In this document: in pieces, positions 52,740 to 64,000 of the stretch
Layout of the letters: each line of letters begins with the position of its first letter
Numbering within the stretch: position 1 is the first letter of the stretch
Assembly (NCBI GenBank): GCA_036172245.1
Contig: JAYWIR010000018.1
Span: forward strand, 992,001-1,056,000
DNA from: Raillietiella orientalis
Lineage: Eukaryota
DNA length: 64,000 nucleotides
Direction: 5' to 3'
The notes under the pieces: generated by a model
Databases searched by the model: none
Told to the model about the DNA's origin: nothing
Seen by the model: the letters and a program-made list of their open reading frames with translations, nothing else
Translations under genes and position numbers: made by a program

Positions 52740-54300
52740 TTTAGAAGGGCACGCATGATGACGTGCTGCGATACCTGAATTGTTGCCAGGTTTTTCTAAT
52801 GTTGCCATGGCGAAAAATTTCGATTTGCTATCACTGCCGCAGAAGGACGGCTCCAGCACTAAAGATATGATAGGAGATGACGTCTGGAACACCAAAATAT
52901 GCATATTTTGAAGGCTCATTCAACTGGGTCTTTCAGAGATCATGTGAGAGCATGAGCGCGGCTTCATTTTTCGGATATATGAGGTATGTTTACGCATAGA
53001 ATTTGTATATGCAAATGAAAGGAAGTTATGTGTTTAATATGAATTTTTTTTTTCCTTCGGGGAACTGTACATTTGTAGTTTTGGCATCCTCAAGTCTGTG
53101 ACTTAAAATCAGAATGCTTTCTGGAGCCGTTGGGGGGGATTCTGGAGCGCAAATGAGTGTCGAACACACTTCTCTGATGGATTGGCAGGGAACAGACGCG
53201 TTGCTTCCATTCCTTCCTGTGCACTCGAGATCCCCACTACCACCAGCAAGAGAGCCTTTCGCTTGAGAAATGGCAAGCACACCGGAGTATAATGCTACAC
53301 CTCGCGCGCAACGCCGAAAGATCCATTGGTTTCCGGAGCCATCGAGACTTGAAATTTTGGTTGAAAAAGCCTCTCTGACTTTGGCTGGGAAAATTCCAGC
53401 AGGAAGCAGCCGATTCCATTGGAGCTGCCTTGGGAATACAGAGAACCGGATGCAAAAGAGGAAGAGTTGGAGATGAAATCGAATCCTCAGTAGACAGAAA
53501 CCATCGAGAAAAGTCGTTACGGGAACAGACGTCCATTGACCTGCATAGTCGATAAATCTTACCGATCACTTTAAAGCTCAGACAGCTGGTCAGAAATTAA
53601 ATGGTAGCGCAATCAGCTGAAGACAAGGGCAAAGACGGTTTGCTTGCTCGCACAAAGGCCACGGTGGTGATTCAACTTCCATCCCTGGTAGCAAGTTGAT
53701 CTGGAGAAAAAGACCGGAAACAATTCGAAAGTCGTTGTGCACACAGGATTCCGTTCCGATTCCGTTCAGCCAACCGGTGACCCTAAGCTGATCTCGAAAA
53801 TGGACTTTCCAGAGTGAACGGAACTTCAGCCGCCGTACTTGTGCTTCAGAGCAACACCGCTCATTCTTGAGCAAAGTGTTTCTCTTCCGTACTTCTTCTT
53901 TGGTGATCAGGGACACGTGCAGATTTGCAAGAACGTTTCTCGCTTTGGACGTTTCCTCCTGCGATTGCTTGAGAATGCACAACCGAACGTGTCCAAGATG
54001 CATCTGAATACACATTCACTCTTATTACGCCTTACACCCTTAGAAAACAACCATTTGTGCCCCTTTGAAACCAGCCCATGTACCTGCTTCCCAATAACAC
54101 TATCAGATCCACATCCGGTCCCACACCCTTTCCAGTCCTTAGGAACACGAAAACCAGATACCCACTTCACCAAGAAAAACCATGCCACCATTAATAATAT
54201 CCAGGTAAACTGTCAGAACACACATCCACTCTTCGCCCTGCAAAGCGTCATTAACCTCCTTCTTGAAGATATACAAAGATCCTATTTTTCAAGACCAGTA
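52740..54300 (+). other. Endogenous negative-strand RNA virus L (RdRp/capping) fragment, Monjiviricetes-like
   Basis: Collinear remnants: GH.. / HGEKF / PALKI (after motif C), MLSGAVGG...QGTDAL (PxxxGG..RGxxD), LVEKASL (LxEDPxSL), LIWRK...DSVPIPFSQ (W..GxTxPxPxEQ), PPYLCFRAT (PYxGSxT), DTHF...FALQSVI. Confidence 0.65.
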
Positions 54301-54374
54301 GCGACCTCACGGGGAAATCCCTACTAGGCAGCCTTGACGATTGGAAATCTTCTAAGGTTCTGTTTACGCTGCTT

Positions 54375-55270
54375 TCCTTCCATTTTTGTTTTTTTTTTCG
54401 GGTTTTCTTTTTCTGTTCCGCCAAGTGCCGAAGGCTCGTTCGCCTCCTTAGGAGGAGGGGGGGGGGCAACCGAGTTCTTTAACGCTGTCCACGCCACCGC
54501 TGAGGGTGAGGATCACTCTTCAAAGTTAGGTGGTAACCCTGGAGGCACCACCCTATGAATCCAGGAAGGCTCCGGAGGGAAGGAGTCCTATTATTCCTCT
54601 TACCTCCACCTCTTCCACCCTGGTTGTCTCCGAAGGGAACCACCTCTTCCTCATTCTCTCCAGGGGGACCCTCCGGACAGGACCTCTCCCTCGTTTCTCT
54701 CCGAAGGGAACCCGAAACGGATCCGCCCCTTCTCCGGAGGGATCCCTGGCAAGGGAACCGCTCCCTATTTCCTCCTCTGAAGGAAACAAAAGCAAGTGTG
54801 CAGTACTGTCCCTGAAATCGAACCTTTAAAGGGAGAAACACAGTTCCGGAGAGAACCCCTAAGGGACGCTTCCCGATTTCCCTGAAGGGCGCTCCCCGAA
54901 GGGAGAAGCGCGCTTCTCCACACTCTGGAGAGGCATCTACCAGTTCCCTGGTACGCGATGAAGGATTCCCCGAAGGGAGGGGAGGACGAATCCCACCTTC
55001 GTAACCGGGGAGGAACCCCAAAGGACTCTCTGGTCCCTAGAAGGACCCGAGAGGGTCAACTTCTGATCCCTCCAGTCAACGGGGGCATCCGGTCTCCGGC
55101 TTCCACCGTTGTCCCCACCCAAAAAGGCCTGGGGGATCTTGTGGGGGAACTCGAAACTCAGGACGCACCCATTCCTCTTGAGTCGATCCTCCACGTGGGG
55201 GAATTCGAACCCGTAACGCTTGAGATCACGCGCACAGACCACAACTACGTGGCCGCCAACGCGGACTGGA
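54375..55270 (-). mobile_element. tRNA-headed SINE-like repeat, apparently full length (about 0.9 kb)
   Basis: Minus-strand GGGTTCGAATTCCC B-box at 55199-55212 in a tRNA-like head; A-rich tail at about 54375-54412. Confidence 0.8.
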
Positions 55271-55523
55271 GAGCAAACAAAGAACATAACCTTATATATC
55301 CAACCGGCGAACCTCCCTCGTGTGCATATCCACAATCCACGCGCACGACCACCAAGGTCAAGAAACTCCCACTCTTATCAGATTTCAAGCACCAAACCTC
55401 AGCACTTTCCCAACGAGATAACGGAAACCAGACGTACAGCACGTACACACACGTGCTGGCGGGTGATGCTGCGCTACCGCGCGCTGCGTATAAATCCAAC
55501 CCCACAACCCTTCATCGGTAACC

Positions 55524-56520
55524 ATGCCTTGCGCGGCAGACAATTCCAGTGTGTCGCAGTCAACAACCCCAACGACGAGCAGTACCAGCGAGTTCAAACA
55601 TAACTGGAAGTCCACGCGCAACACGTCATCATCGGCAAGGGAAACCTCGACATGGAGGAATGCACACAACTCCCGGAACCGAAAAGCACACTACAACTCG
55701 AGACTACACCCCTCGAAAGAGGACATCTTGTAAAATTCCTATGACCACCAACAAGGAACACCAGCTACTCTTCAGAAACCGACGCCAACACATAGACAAC
55801 AGTTACCCCAAACACCAACACCCCCCACATCTTACGAAAGCCAGGTAATCATCATAGGTAGGTTATCATGTGCACGGCATTCGGCTGCTCTGCGACCGCT
55901 CTTAGTACAAAAAAAAATTTTCTGGAACTGGGGGCTGAAAAACTGTCGGACAGCACAAACTGCCCTCGTGTGCTTCCTTCCAGATACTCCACACGTGGAC
56001 AAGACGAGAAATGGACGATGGAAAATCACACAGCATTCTCCTCGAAACACAGATATCTTCGTGGAAGAGGCCATCACACTAACCCGCTACACCAACAGGG
56101 GAAACCCACTGGCAGGATACAGACTGAGGAAGTGGCAACTCTTGCAATCACTACAACAACAACCTTCACACCCTCAAGACGTCCGCGACACCGTCGGAAA
56201 CACAGGGAAAACAACGATGGCGAAATACCTCTGTCTCGAGAACTCAGCTTACATGAAAAGCTGCAGAAAATCTGTGTGCACCTCTGCAACAGTGATCCCA
56301 TCATATGTGTGAACTTCATCAGAGACAATAAGGAAACCGCGCAATACTGCTTCGTAGAATCATTAAAAAAGAAAAAAAAAAAAACGAGGTGATTTCTTAC
56401 CCCAAGCGCAAGGTTCCATCGAGTTCTTCGACACACTACACGTCATCGTCTGCTACGGCAACTGGCCATCCAACGAAATGCCTCAGCAGAGGATGCTGGA
56501 AAAACAACCATCGAGTCCTG
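55524..56520 (+). other. rep: Endogenous CRESS-DNA virus Rep pseudogene (HUH endonuclease plus SF3 helicase)
   Basis: QCVAVNNPNDEQY..HVIIGK (motif I region), RDYT / SKEDIL (motif III), LRKWQ, DTVGNTGKTTMAKYL (Walker A), PIICVNFIRD..YCFVESLK, LHVIVCYGNWP (motif C), LSRGCW (LSxDRW); frameshifted; TATAAA at about 55490. Confidence 0.85.
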
Positions 56521-56529
56521 CATCCGGAA

Positions 56530-57400
56530 ATGCCTGCGTCTGGAATGCGAGAGATATGCCTTCCGAAAACAGTTTTTCGATCCGATTTTCTCCAGAAAAT
56601 TTTCTCTCAGCAAGTGTGACTGCGACGCGCGCGGAAGCGTGAAGAGGATTCGATGCTGCCGACGCCTTCTCTGGGCGGCGACCGCTATCAGCTAATGAAG
56701 GTTTTTTCAACGTATAGTCATGGGCATGCCCTCAAGCAAACTTCTTTCAAGATTGTAGGAAAAGGAAGGCGTGGCCGTTGGAAAGTCTCTGGAGCTCCCA
56801 TCTTCTGCGAGACGGTCCTGATTGCGTCTCCGGATGCTATCCAGACTTCTGTCGCTAGCTGAGACCTCCTGATGTTCATAGGTGCTCCACGAACCCGCGG
56901 TTCGTTTACCGCGCTTTGCCCTCCGACCAGACCCTAAAGAAACAAAGGGTGCTGAAGGTTCTTTTCTTGTTGGAGACCTGGGTGGAGCTTGCCAGAGCGC
57001 CTGGATGAGCCCTGTGAAGCTTCGGCATTGATGTGAACAGCCTCGTGGTCAGCACGAGGTCAATCAGAGAGGTCAAGTGAATTCAGAAGAGAAATCGCAA
57101 AGCAGATGGGCTTCCATTTTCGAAAATTTTGTCGAATCCAGTTTCAGGCAGCCTACTCCCGGTTTTGAGGAAGGAACACGTAGTGCTCTGCTTATTAACA
57201 GCACTGCTGCCTACTTGATCGCTTCCGTTCAACGAAGACGAGTTGTTCTCAGGAAAGAAGTGTGGAACGAACGACTCCAAGCTTTTAAGCATTGAACTAA
57301 GAAAGTCTGTCGCTCCTGAATCACCAAAACGACGATGCACAAACACGAAAGAGGCAGGCAGGCTCCTGGAGGACCACCGATTCCTGGCCAAAGTCCCCTT
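56530..57400 (-). other. Decayed chuvirus-like nucleoprotein EVE
   Basis: GALASSTQVSNKK ... RLPFPTILKEVCLRACP*LY ... AASNPLHASARVAVTLAERKFSG. Confidence 0.4.
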
Positions 57401-58629
57401 AGAATTCTCCCTACCTCCTCCAAATCATGTTTCCCTGTCCCTTTATTATTCACTATCCACGCTAGAGTTCTACTTTACAAACAGCAATTTGAAATTTTAT
57501 AGCACTTGCATATTAAACCTACTGTTACCATTACACCAAGAGATGCCAATATTCATTCAACTCTTGCGTTTCACCACAGCTGCTGGCACGGAATTGGAAA
57601 ATTTCCTGGTAATTACCAACTCGAGTTTTCTCTCCTAATCGAAATTAAATGCTACATACCTGTGTTTCTTAAAATTTATATATACATATATATATATATC
57701 ATTGCATAGATTAATAACAAATCATATTCACAATTTTTTTGCTAGCAGCCAAAGCATAATTAAATCCTAAATTTAATACATGTGTTTCCCCATTTTTGAG
57801 TTGATTGCCAATAAGGCAATCAACTCGAAGTTCATCAAGAATTCATTCCCTCTGTGGTAGGCAAAACGTTCTCATTAAACCACTACTTGATTTGCGTGCA
57901 AAATTCCAAATTTTCCACATAAGAAATAGAAGAATATTTTTGAGAATAAACTCATCTCACCCTCTTTTAATTAACATAGAGACACATACATGTTCTGAAG
58001 TCTGAAAATTAAGATTTTCCATATCTCACAAAAATTTTAGCTTTATTGTTTCGTTCATGTGCTCTTGCTATGTTACAGACTATTAATTATTCATTATTAA
58101 TCTAAACATTTGGGGTATTATATATTTCAAGCATATTGCTCTAAAAAGTTCATGTTATTTTAAATACAACACTTTAAATATGTATAAAATAAAATGCTTC
58201 ATTAATTAATAACTAGTTAATGAAGATTCGTACTTTAAAATGAGATTTGATGAGCATTTTAAATTAAATTAAAACATACCTATCGTAACTAAAAATGTAA
58301 AAATTAAATACTATAAAAATCTTCCAAATAAGCACGGATACAACTCTGCTCCGATTCCAAACTCTCCTCCAACTTGATCTATTCTCATTATTAGTATTTA
58401 TTAAAATTCAAAGATAGTGTTTCGATATCTTCACATAAAAATTCCATTTTCCCACTGGAAACAAAAAATTCAACCCAACCTCAATGATGCCACGAATGCT
58501 GCCCATAGCAACGCACCTTCAATAAAAGGTTTCCCCAATGAACGAATCATGCTCAGTACCGTTACTAAGTCAGTGAAAGATAAGCTAAAGCTCCGAGGGA
58601 GACCTCCATCTGGATACACCAGAGGAGAT

Positions 58630-59470
58630 GATTGAGGATGGAGCATTGCGATCAGTTCGCCAGAACCGCCACCAAGTGCGACAGTTTTGCTTCAGCATGG
58701 AGATGAAAAGGAGACTCAGTACAGAAGTTCGCGGGAGCTTTGTCAACAGCTGCCACATCAGGCGTGGCTGCTGATGACCAAAGCCAATGTAAAGCAAGAA
58801 ACTTTGAAGAAACACCAAGACGACGACGCCCTCGATGCAGCCTCGAGCCGCTACGGACTTGCGCACGCAAACGTGCAGGCGGTCGGGGATGCACTCCGGA
58901 GGAGTGACCTCCCCCCGGACACCCAGGACAACCTCCTGTTGTTCTATCACGGAGGGATCCTGAGTAGCTCCAGAGTTCGACACTGGACCGGGAGCATCCA
59001 AGATGGACTCTGCAAGGCATGTGGGGCGGAAGAAACGCAGCTTCCGCAGTGTTCACCTGCCCCACGCTTCGACCTGATTGGCAGGCGGTGAAGGCGATGA
59101 CCGACCTGCAGAGAAGTAAAAATATGGGGATGGTGGTGGGTTTGTTTCAGGGGAACGGAAAGGTCCAACTGTGCAACCCGATGGTTCAAACACGCTTGCC
59201 CTTTCCATCACAGCTATGGTGATCAGAAGGGCAAGGATGCAAAACACGAGATGAGGAACACCGGCGTCCGGAATCTTGAAAGGACTCGTGATGAAGGAGA
59301 TAGGGATCAGGAACTGTGGAAGGGTCCCCGCCTGGACGTACCGCTACATCCTGAGGAAGCTTGGCGAATACGTTCAGGCAAAAGGAACAATCCCCCACCC
59401 ACCCTGAACCCAAACTTCAAAAGATGCGCAGGTGTGAAAGTGAAACGGAAAGTGAAATAAACAGTGCAAA
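58630..59470 (+). mobile_element. LINE 3' end (CCHC finger), more distant subfamily
   Basis: LLFYHGGILSSSRVRHW...LCKACGAEET / AVFTCPTLRPDW; AATAAAC at about 59456. Confidence 0.75.
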
Positions 59471-60079
59471 AACAACGCAGTTGTTAGTGATGAAAACATT
59501 GAAAGGACAGAAAAAGCTTAAAGCTTTTTGAAAGTTAAAAGTATGTTTTCATAAATCGACGCCACCGCTTGTCGAACCTGGGGACAAATCAAAGATAAAC
59601 TAAATAAAAGTGGGGGGGCCGTACCCCATTTACGATTCCTCTCTTTCCCTTATCTCATTTCCATAAACGATGCTCTTCTTACCACTTATCTTCCTCAGAA
59701 CATCAATTACACTATCCACGAATAGCTGGTCAATGATTTGACCCAGATTGAAAATCAACTGAATTTTCACGTGTTCCACTGTTTCCTCTCCGTCGTCTCT
59801 ATTGTGCATCCATTCCACAGCGGAACACTTACTCATTCGAACATCATCACCACTCTTCGGTTCACTTGTATCTTCAACTCGTTTTCTTCTCTTCTATTCC
59901 ATCCATTTCGTAAATCAACATTCTGAAACTACTATAGAATCTACTCTTCCACCGCTGACTTCTACCCGTTCTTGATAACTCTTAATGACTGTCAACCATC
60001 ATTCTTTTAACATGACCGAAACTGGTTCCTATGTCCATGAACTCCCTGTTACCAACAGCCGTCATCCTCATTCTAACAA

Positions 60080-60780
60080 GTCTTATACAAAATGCAACCC
60101 TCTACGACTCTGCCAGCCTGAGAGTTTTAAAAGCGTCGAGCCTTGCCGTGTGCCAGGAAACGAAGAGACCGTGTGTTGCCCGACCCCATGTCTGTAAGAG
60201 GAAAGCAGGAAACGAATCGGAAGTTGGGCTGGGAACTCCCAGATGCAGCTCGCCGCGTACGGAGGAGATTTTCTCGATGATCCAGACTGGCCAGAAATTC
60301 CTTGCTGAGATCACTGTCTGATTCAGAGAGATGCATCCAGAACCGCTGACATCTCGGAAAAACGGGTTGCGAATTCCGGGAGCGGTGGAAAGAGCGAAGC
60401 GCACTAGTGGGAGAAAAGCAGGTCTGCCACTCTGAGCAAGGGAGAAGGAGTCTTGAAGGGAGCATTGCCAATGGACTCTAGCAGGGACCCTAGCACGTTG
60501 CGAAATCATGGTCTGGCTGATCTGGTTTGGCCCATGCCGACCCGCTCGAAACTCGAGACCCTGGAATGGAAAGATCGCGTCAGCGTGCAGGTGTTTCTTT
60601 GAGGATCCACAAAAACTTTTCGTTCCTTCAGGTGCAAACGAAAGCAGCGCTCCAAACTGTGGTGCGATCTGGACCCCGTTCTGGACGGCGGAAACTGCAG
60701 GGGTCATTGCGGGTTGGGTCACGGTTTTCCCACGAGCTCATAGCAAAAAGCAGAGGATGATTTGAGTCGGTTCCAGCGGC
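60080..60780 (-). other. Chuvirus-like nucleoprotein EVE with a 206-codon open frame
   Basis: ORF 60102-60722: FCGSSKKHL ... LQDSFSLAQSGRPAFLPLVRFALSTAPG ... LHLGVPSPTSDSFPAF. Confidence 0.4.
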
Positions 60781-60789
60781 ACTCACAAA

Positions 60790-61490
60790 ATGATTCGAGA
60801 TCTCACCTGGTCACGCTGCTTGACCTGTGGTGGGGAACGTCGCCATGCCTCGGCGGGTCGACAAGTGCAGGGTGCAGGACAGAGGGAACCCTGCCGCACG
60901 TGCCTCTCGAATGCGTTGTCACCCGTTTGCGCTGGGCGTTTCTTTCTTTCTTTCTTTTTTTTACAAAAGAGAAGAAAATAAATGAACGGAGTTCGGTGGG
61001 ACGGTGCCCCTTACGAAGTCCAACCATAGCAGTCTGGTTAAATTGGGGAAACAGGGAAGGGGTGACATCCCGCGATGAGGGTCCTCTGCACCCTTTGCAG
61101 GATGCTGGGGGCGAGCTCCTCTGGGTGACCTGGCAGGCGATTCTACCTCGCTGCGATCCGAAGGAACCGGACAGCAAAGAGAGTGGTGGCACTCCCCTTT
61201 CGTGTCGTCCTCTCTCGGCGTCCTTTCTAAATCCGAAAGCCCGGCGCGGACAGTACCTCTCGAACGAGAAAGGAGCAGGGGCACTCCGGTTCTCCGAAGC
61301 CAGAGACCCCCCACTTAAGGGAGTGTCCACTTCTCTAGGCTTGCCGGTTTTCTCCTCCCTGCGGGCGATCTTTTGCCACATGCGAGCAAAGGCGACTGCC
61401 GGAGTGGAGGGAAGGACGTGGCCGTTGTTCCGACGGACCGTTTGCGATCGCCTCAGACGACCTGAGAAGATCAACGAAATTTGTTACTTG
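60790..61490. mobile_element. Small LINE fragments (CCHC finger on +, RT N-terminus on -)
   Basis: SAGCRTEGTLPHVPLEC (+); AFARMWQKI...RSAPAP...QTAMVGLRK (-). Confidence 0.5.
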
Positions 61491-61499
61491 GTCACGCCG

Positions 61500-63250
61500 G
61501 GACGTTTATTTTCTAAAAAAAAAATAAAATGGGAACATGCTGGTTCCCAAACAACGACAAAAAAAAAACAAAGAAGTGGCAAGCAGGCGGGATAATGGAC
61601 AGTCCGGAACGAGGGAAGGATAAGGGACAACAAAAATAAATTAATTAGGTGGGACGAGGTAGGGATCTTTGGATTCGCTCCGCGCACACCGTAATGTAAA
61701 CAAAAAAACACTGGGAAAATTGCGGAGCGAACAGGGATAAGGAACAAAAAATAAATAAAGAAACAAAGGAGGGCAAGGGATCAGGGTCAACGGGATCGGT
61801 CACTCCTAACGATCCACCAAATGGCGCTGTATGCCGATGATCTCTGCCTTCGTCTCTTCTTCCAGGTGAGGCCACCTTGCATTCACCCTCATGTAGGTGC
61901 TTGCCATCTTGGTGATCTTCCTTCGCTGAGTGTGGTCTCCAGCACGTGTCGGGCCGACGATGGCGCGGATGCAACCCATGGTTGCGATCAACATGCCAGA
62001 CGAGAGTCCTCGCGGTGCGAAGAACCGTCGCAGCACATCTTCGGCGGCGTCCTCTTCGTGCAGGAGCACTGCTGCCAGCCTCCGCTACAGTTCCTGGAGG
62101 ACACCGCAGTCCGAAAGCAAGTGCGAGATCGACTCCGTCGACCTGCACCTGGCACAGTTCGAAGATACAACCCCTCTGGAAACTCGGTGCCGCCTTTCGT
62201 TGCACTAGAATCCCCAATGCAGGAAGAGCAGCATGTCCGGTCTCCAACCAAGCGAGGACACTGATGCATTAACGCAGTTTGGCGAGACCACAAGTTCTTC
62301 GGGAGCAACATTCAACAGTTCGCACCACCGGAGAAGTCCCGTCGCAATTGTACGTGGAATGGCAGCATCCTCCAACTCGCCCGTCTTCCAGTCACAAGGA
62401 GTTTGGTTTTTCGCACTATGGTGCAGGAAAACCTCCACATCGCCGGTAGGCTACTGTCATCTCTGGCCTTGAGGGCAGACAGCACTGCGGCAAGGGACGT
62501 AGCGGCCAGCAGCCCAAAAGGGTCGACCACTTCGCTGCGTCCTGCATCACCACTTCCAACGGTCGCGGTAGCAGATACCGAAGGGGGTAAAGATCTTCAG
62601 AACCCAGGACTCAACTCCTGCCGCCAAGCATTGGAGTTCGTCGGGCGGCAGGAGATCCACGAGTGGACTTCCAGTAGAGAGGCAAGTTGCCTCAGGGGGA
62701 AGCCGAATTACCGCATCCTGTAGTGGGTGCCCAGCAGCAGCAGAAGCGGTCCTTCGCTGCCGGTGCATCTCCGTAGGATGATGTGTGCAGGTGCACACAT
62801 CGGGGAATTCCACAGCTTGATAAACAGTGGAACTGCACTTGCAGCACGGTTCTGTCCAGCGTCAGGCTGTCCAAGCCGGCATGCCGACGCGGAGCCGCCC
62901 AGTCCTTGAGGCGAATCCTGGACCTCGCAGGTCCCTACAGAGCGTGCTGCAACAGGCGCTGAGCCCGGAGCTTGGTCGAGTAGGGGGGCGGACAAGAAAA
63001 AACAAGGGGAGGAGGACGGGACCCACAGAGATCAACGAAATGGTGGCTCCATTCCTGCATGTAAGGTGAGAGGGAATCCTCGGACGGGAACTCAACACCG
63101 ATGGATGAACCCCACCCTTTCCTGCCCGACACGGGCCCTCAGGAAGCATGCTTATTACCGTCAGGACGACCCATCGCGTTCTCTATTTATTTATGCCCTT
63201 CTCTGACTGTACGAACTTTTATTTGTTCATCGCAAATAAATGACCCGGAA
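61500..63250 (-). mobile_element. L1/Tx1-like LINE, decayed RT through 3' UTR
   Basis: GVEFPSEDSLSP (GVxQGDxLSP), CARCRSTESISHLLSDC, ARWPHLEEETKAEIIGIQRHL*, T-rich UTR, AATAAAC at about 61505. Confidence 0.8.
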
Positions 63251-63699
63251 ACCCGGGGCAATGAGGTTACTCCTTGGGCTCTTGCCTTAAAGAAAATAAA
63301 CACCCAGGGGCAGGAGGAGTCTGGTGGTATTCTATGCAACAACAGGGTTCACGAAAGGGAGTGGCAAATGTCCCGGCAGATCGGCCGCGTAAAAGAGGAA
63401 GGGACGGTTGAAGGGAGGGTCGATGAATCGACATATAAGCGAGGGAGGAAAAGGAGTCCACCTGGTCGCATCCTCTGTAGTCCTCGTGTAATTCAGGAAG
63501 GTATTCTCCTTCTCTGCTTCTTGCAGATGGAACCACTTCTCCACTCTCCTCGACGCGGGCGAGGCGGGCGCGTGGTCTATCATCTGACGCGTGCAACGGG
63601 GTAATGCGGGCCAAGGGAATGCCGCTACGGGAGGGTCTAACCGCCCCTCACTCTTCCGTGCTCCTTCTTTACCGGCACCTCCCTTTCGCACCGTGAATG

Positions 63700-64000
63700 C
63701 CACCCTAAGGTACGTGTCAAGTCTTCAAGATACGAGGTGCCCAGGAGGGGACCACCCTATGAATCCAGGAAGGTTCCGGAGGAAGGAGTCCGTTTCTTTC
63801 ACACTTAGAAGAGGAATCCCGAAGGGAACCTCTCCCTTATTCTTTCCGGAGGGACCCCCAGGAGGAGGCCTCTCCATTATTTCTTCTTCGGAGAGGACCG
63901 GCAAGGGAATCACTCCTCATTTCCTGACCTGAAGAGAACTCCGAAGGGACGCTCCCCAATTTTCTCTGAAGGGGGTAGAGCACATCTTCACACTCTGGAG
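63700..64000 (-). mobile_element. SINE-like repeat, diverged copy cut by window end
   Basis: ACCACCCTATGAATCCAGGAAGG and CCGAAGGGA units shared with 54547-54930. Confidence 0.75.

Noticed and set aside
55195..55268. Functional tRNA gene
   Set aside because: Only the T-arm/B-box is convincing; no proper cloverleaf; it is the head of a dispersed repeat.
55464..55472. TGATGCTGC as a decayed CRESS nonanucleotide
   Set aside because: It needs four substitutions and lacks a clean flanking stem; not supportable.
61821..61850. MALYADDLCL on the + strand looks like a reverse transcriptase YADD motif
   Set aside because: It is the antisense of the LINE C-terminus (KAEIIGIQRHL, - strand); homologous copies do not keep YADD.

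Overview
Eukaryotic, most likely arthropod DNA (arthropod-type histone H2B sequence, lava-lamp-like golgin) from a genome with very short introns (mostly 34-55 nt). Host genes: 3' part of liprin-alpha (+), a convergent lava lamp-like coiled-coil golgin (-), an NSUN7-like methyltransferase (+), RNF121 (-), an unknown ORF and an H2B pseudogene. Splicing oddities are three GC-AG introns and a 45-nt U12-type intron. The main result is that much of the long-intron and intergenic DNA appears to be decayed endogenous viral elements (EVEs): about 15 mutually divergent segments showing motifs of chuvirus-like (negative-strand RNA virus) nucleoproteins, two L-polymerase fragments, one clear and one probable CRESS-DNA virus Rep, and a possible parvoviral NS1. 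These are interleaved with many decayed L1/Tx1-like LINE fragments and four copies of a tRNA-headed, UUCG-hairpin-rich SINE-like repeat. All viral calls come from my manual translation through stops and frameshifts, compared with remembered family motifs; no search was run, so they need profile-HMM confirmation. EVE and transposon boundaries are approximate.
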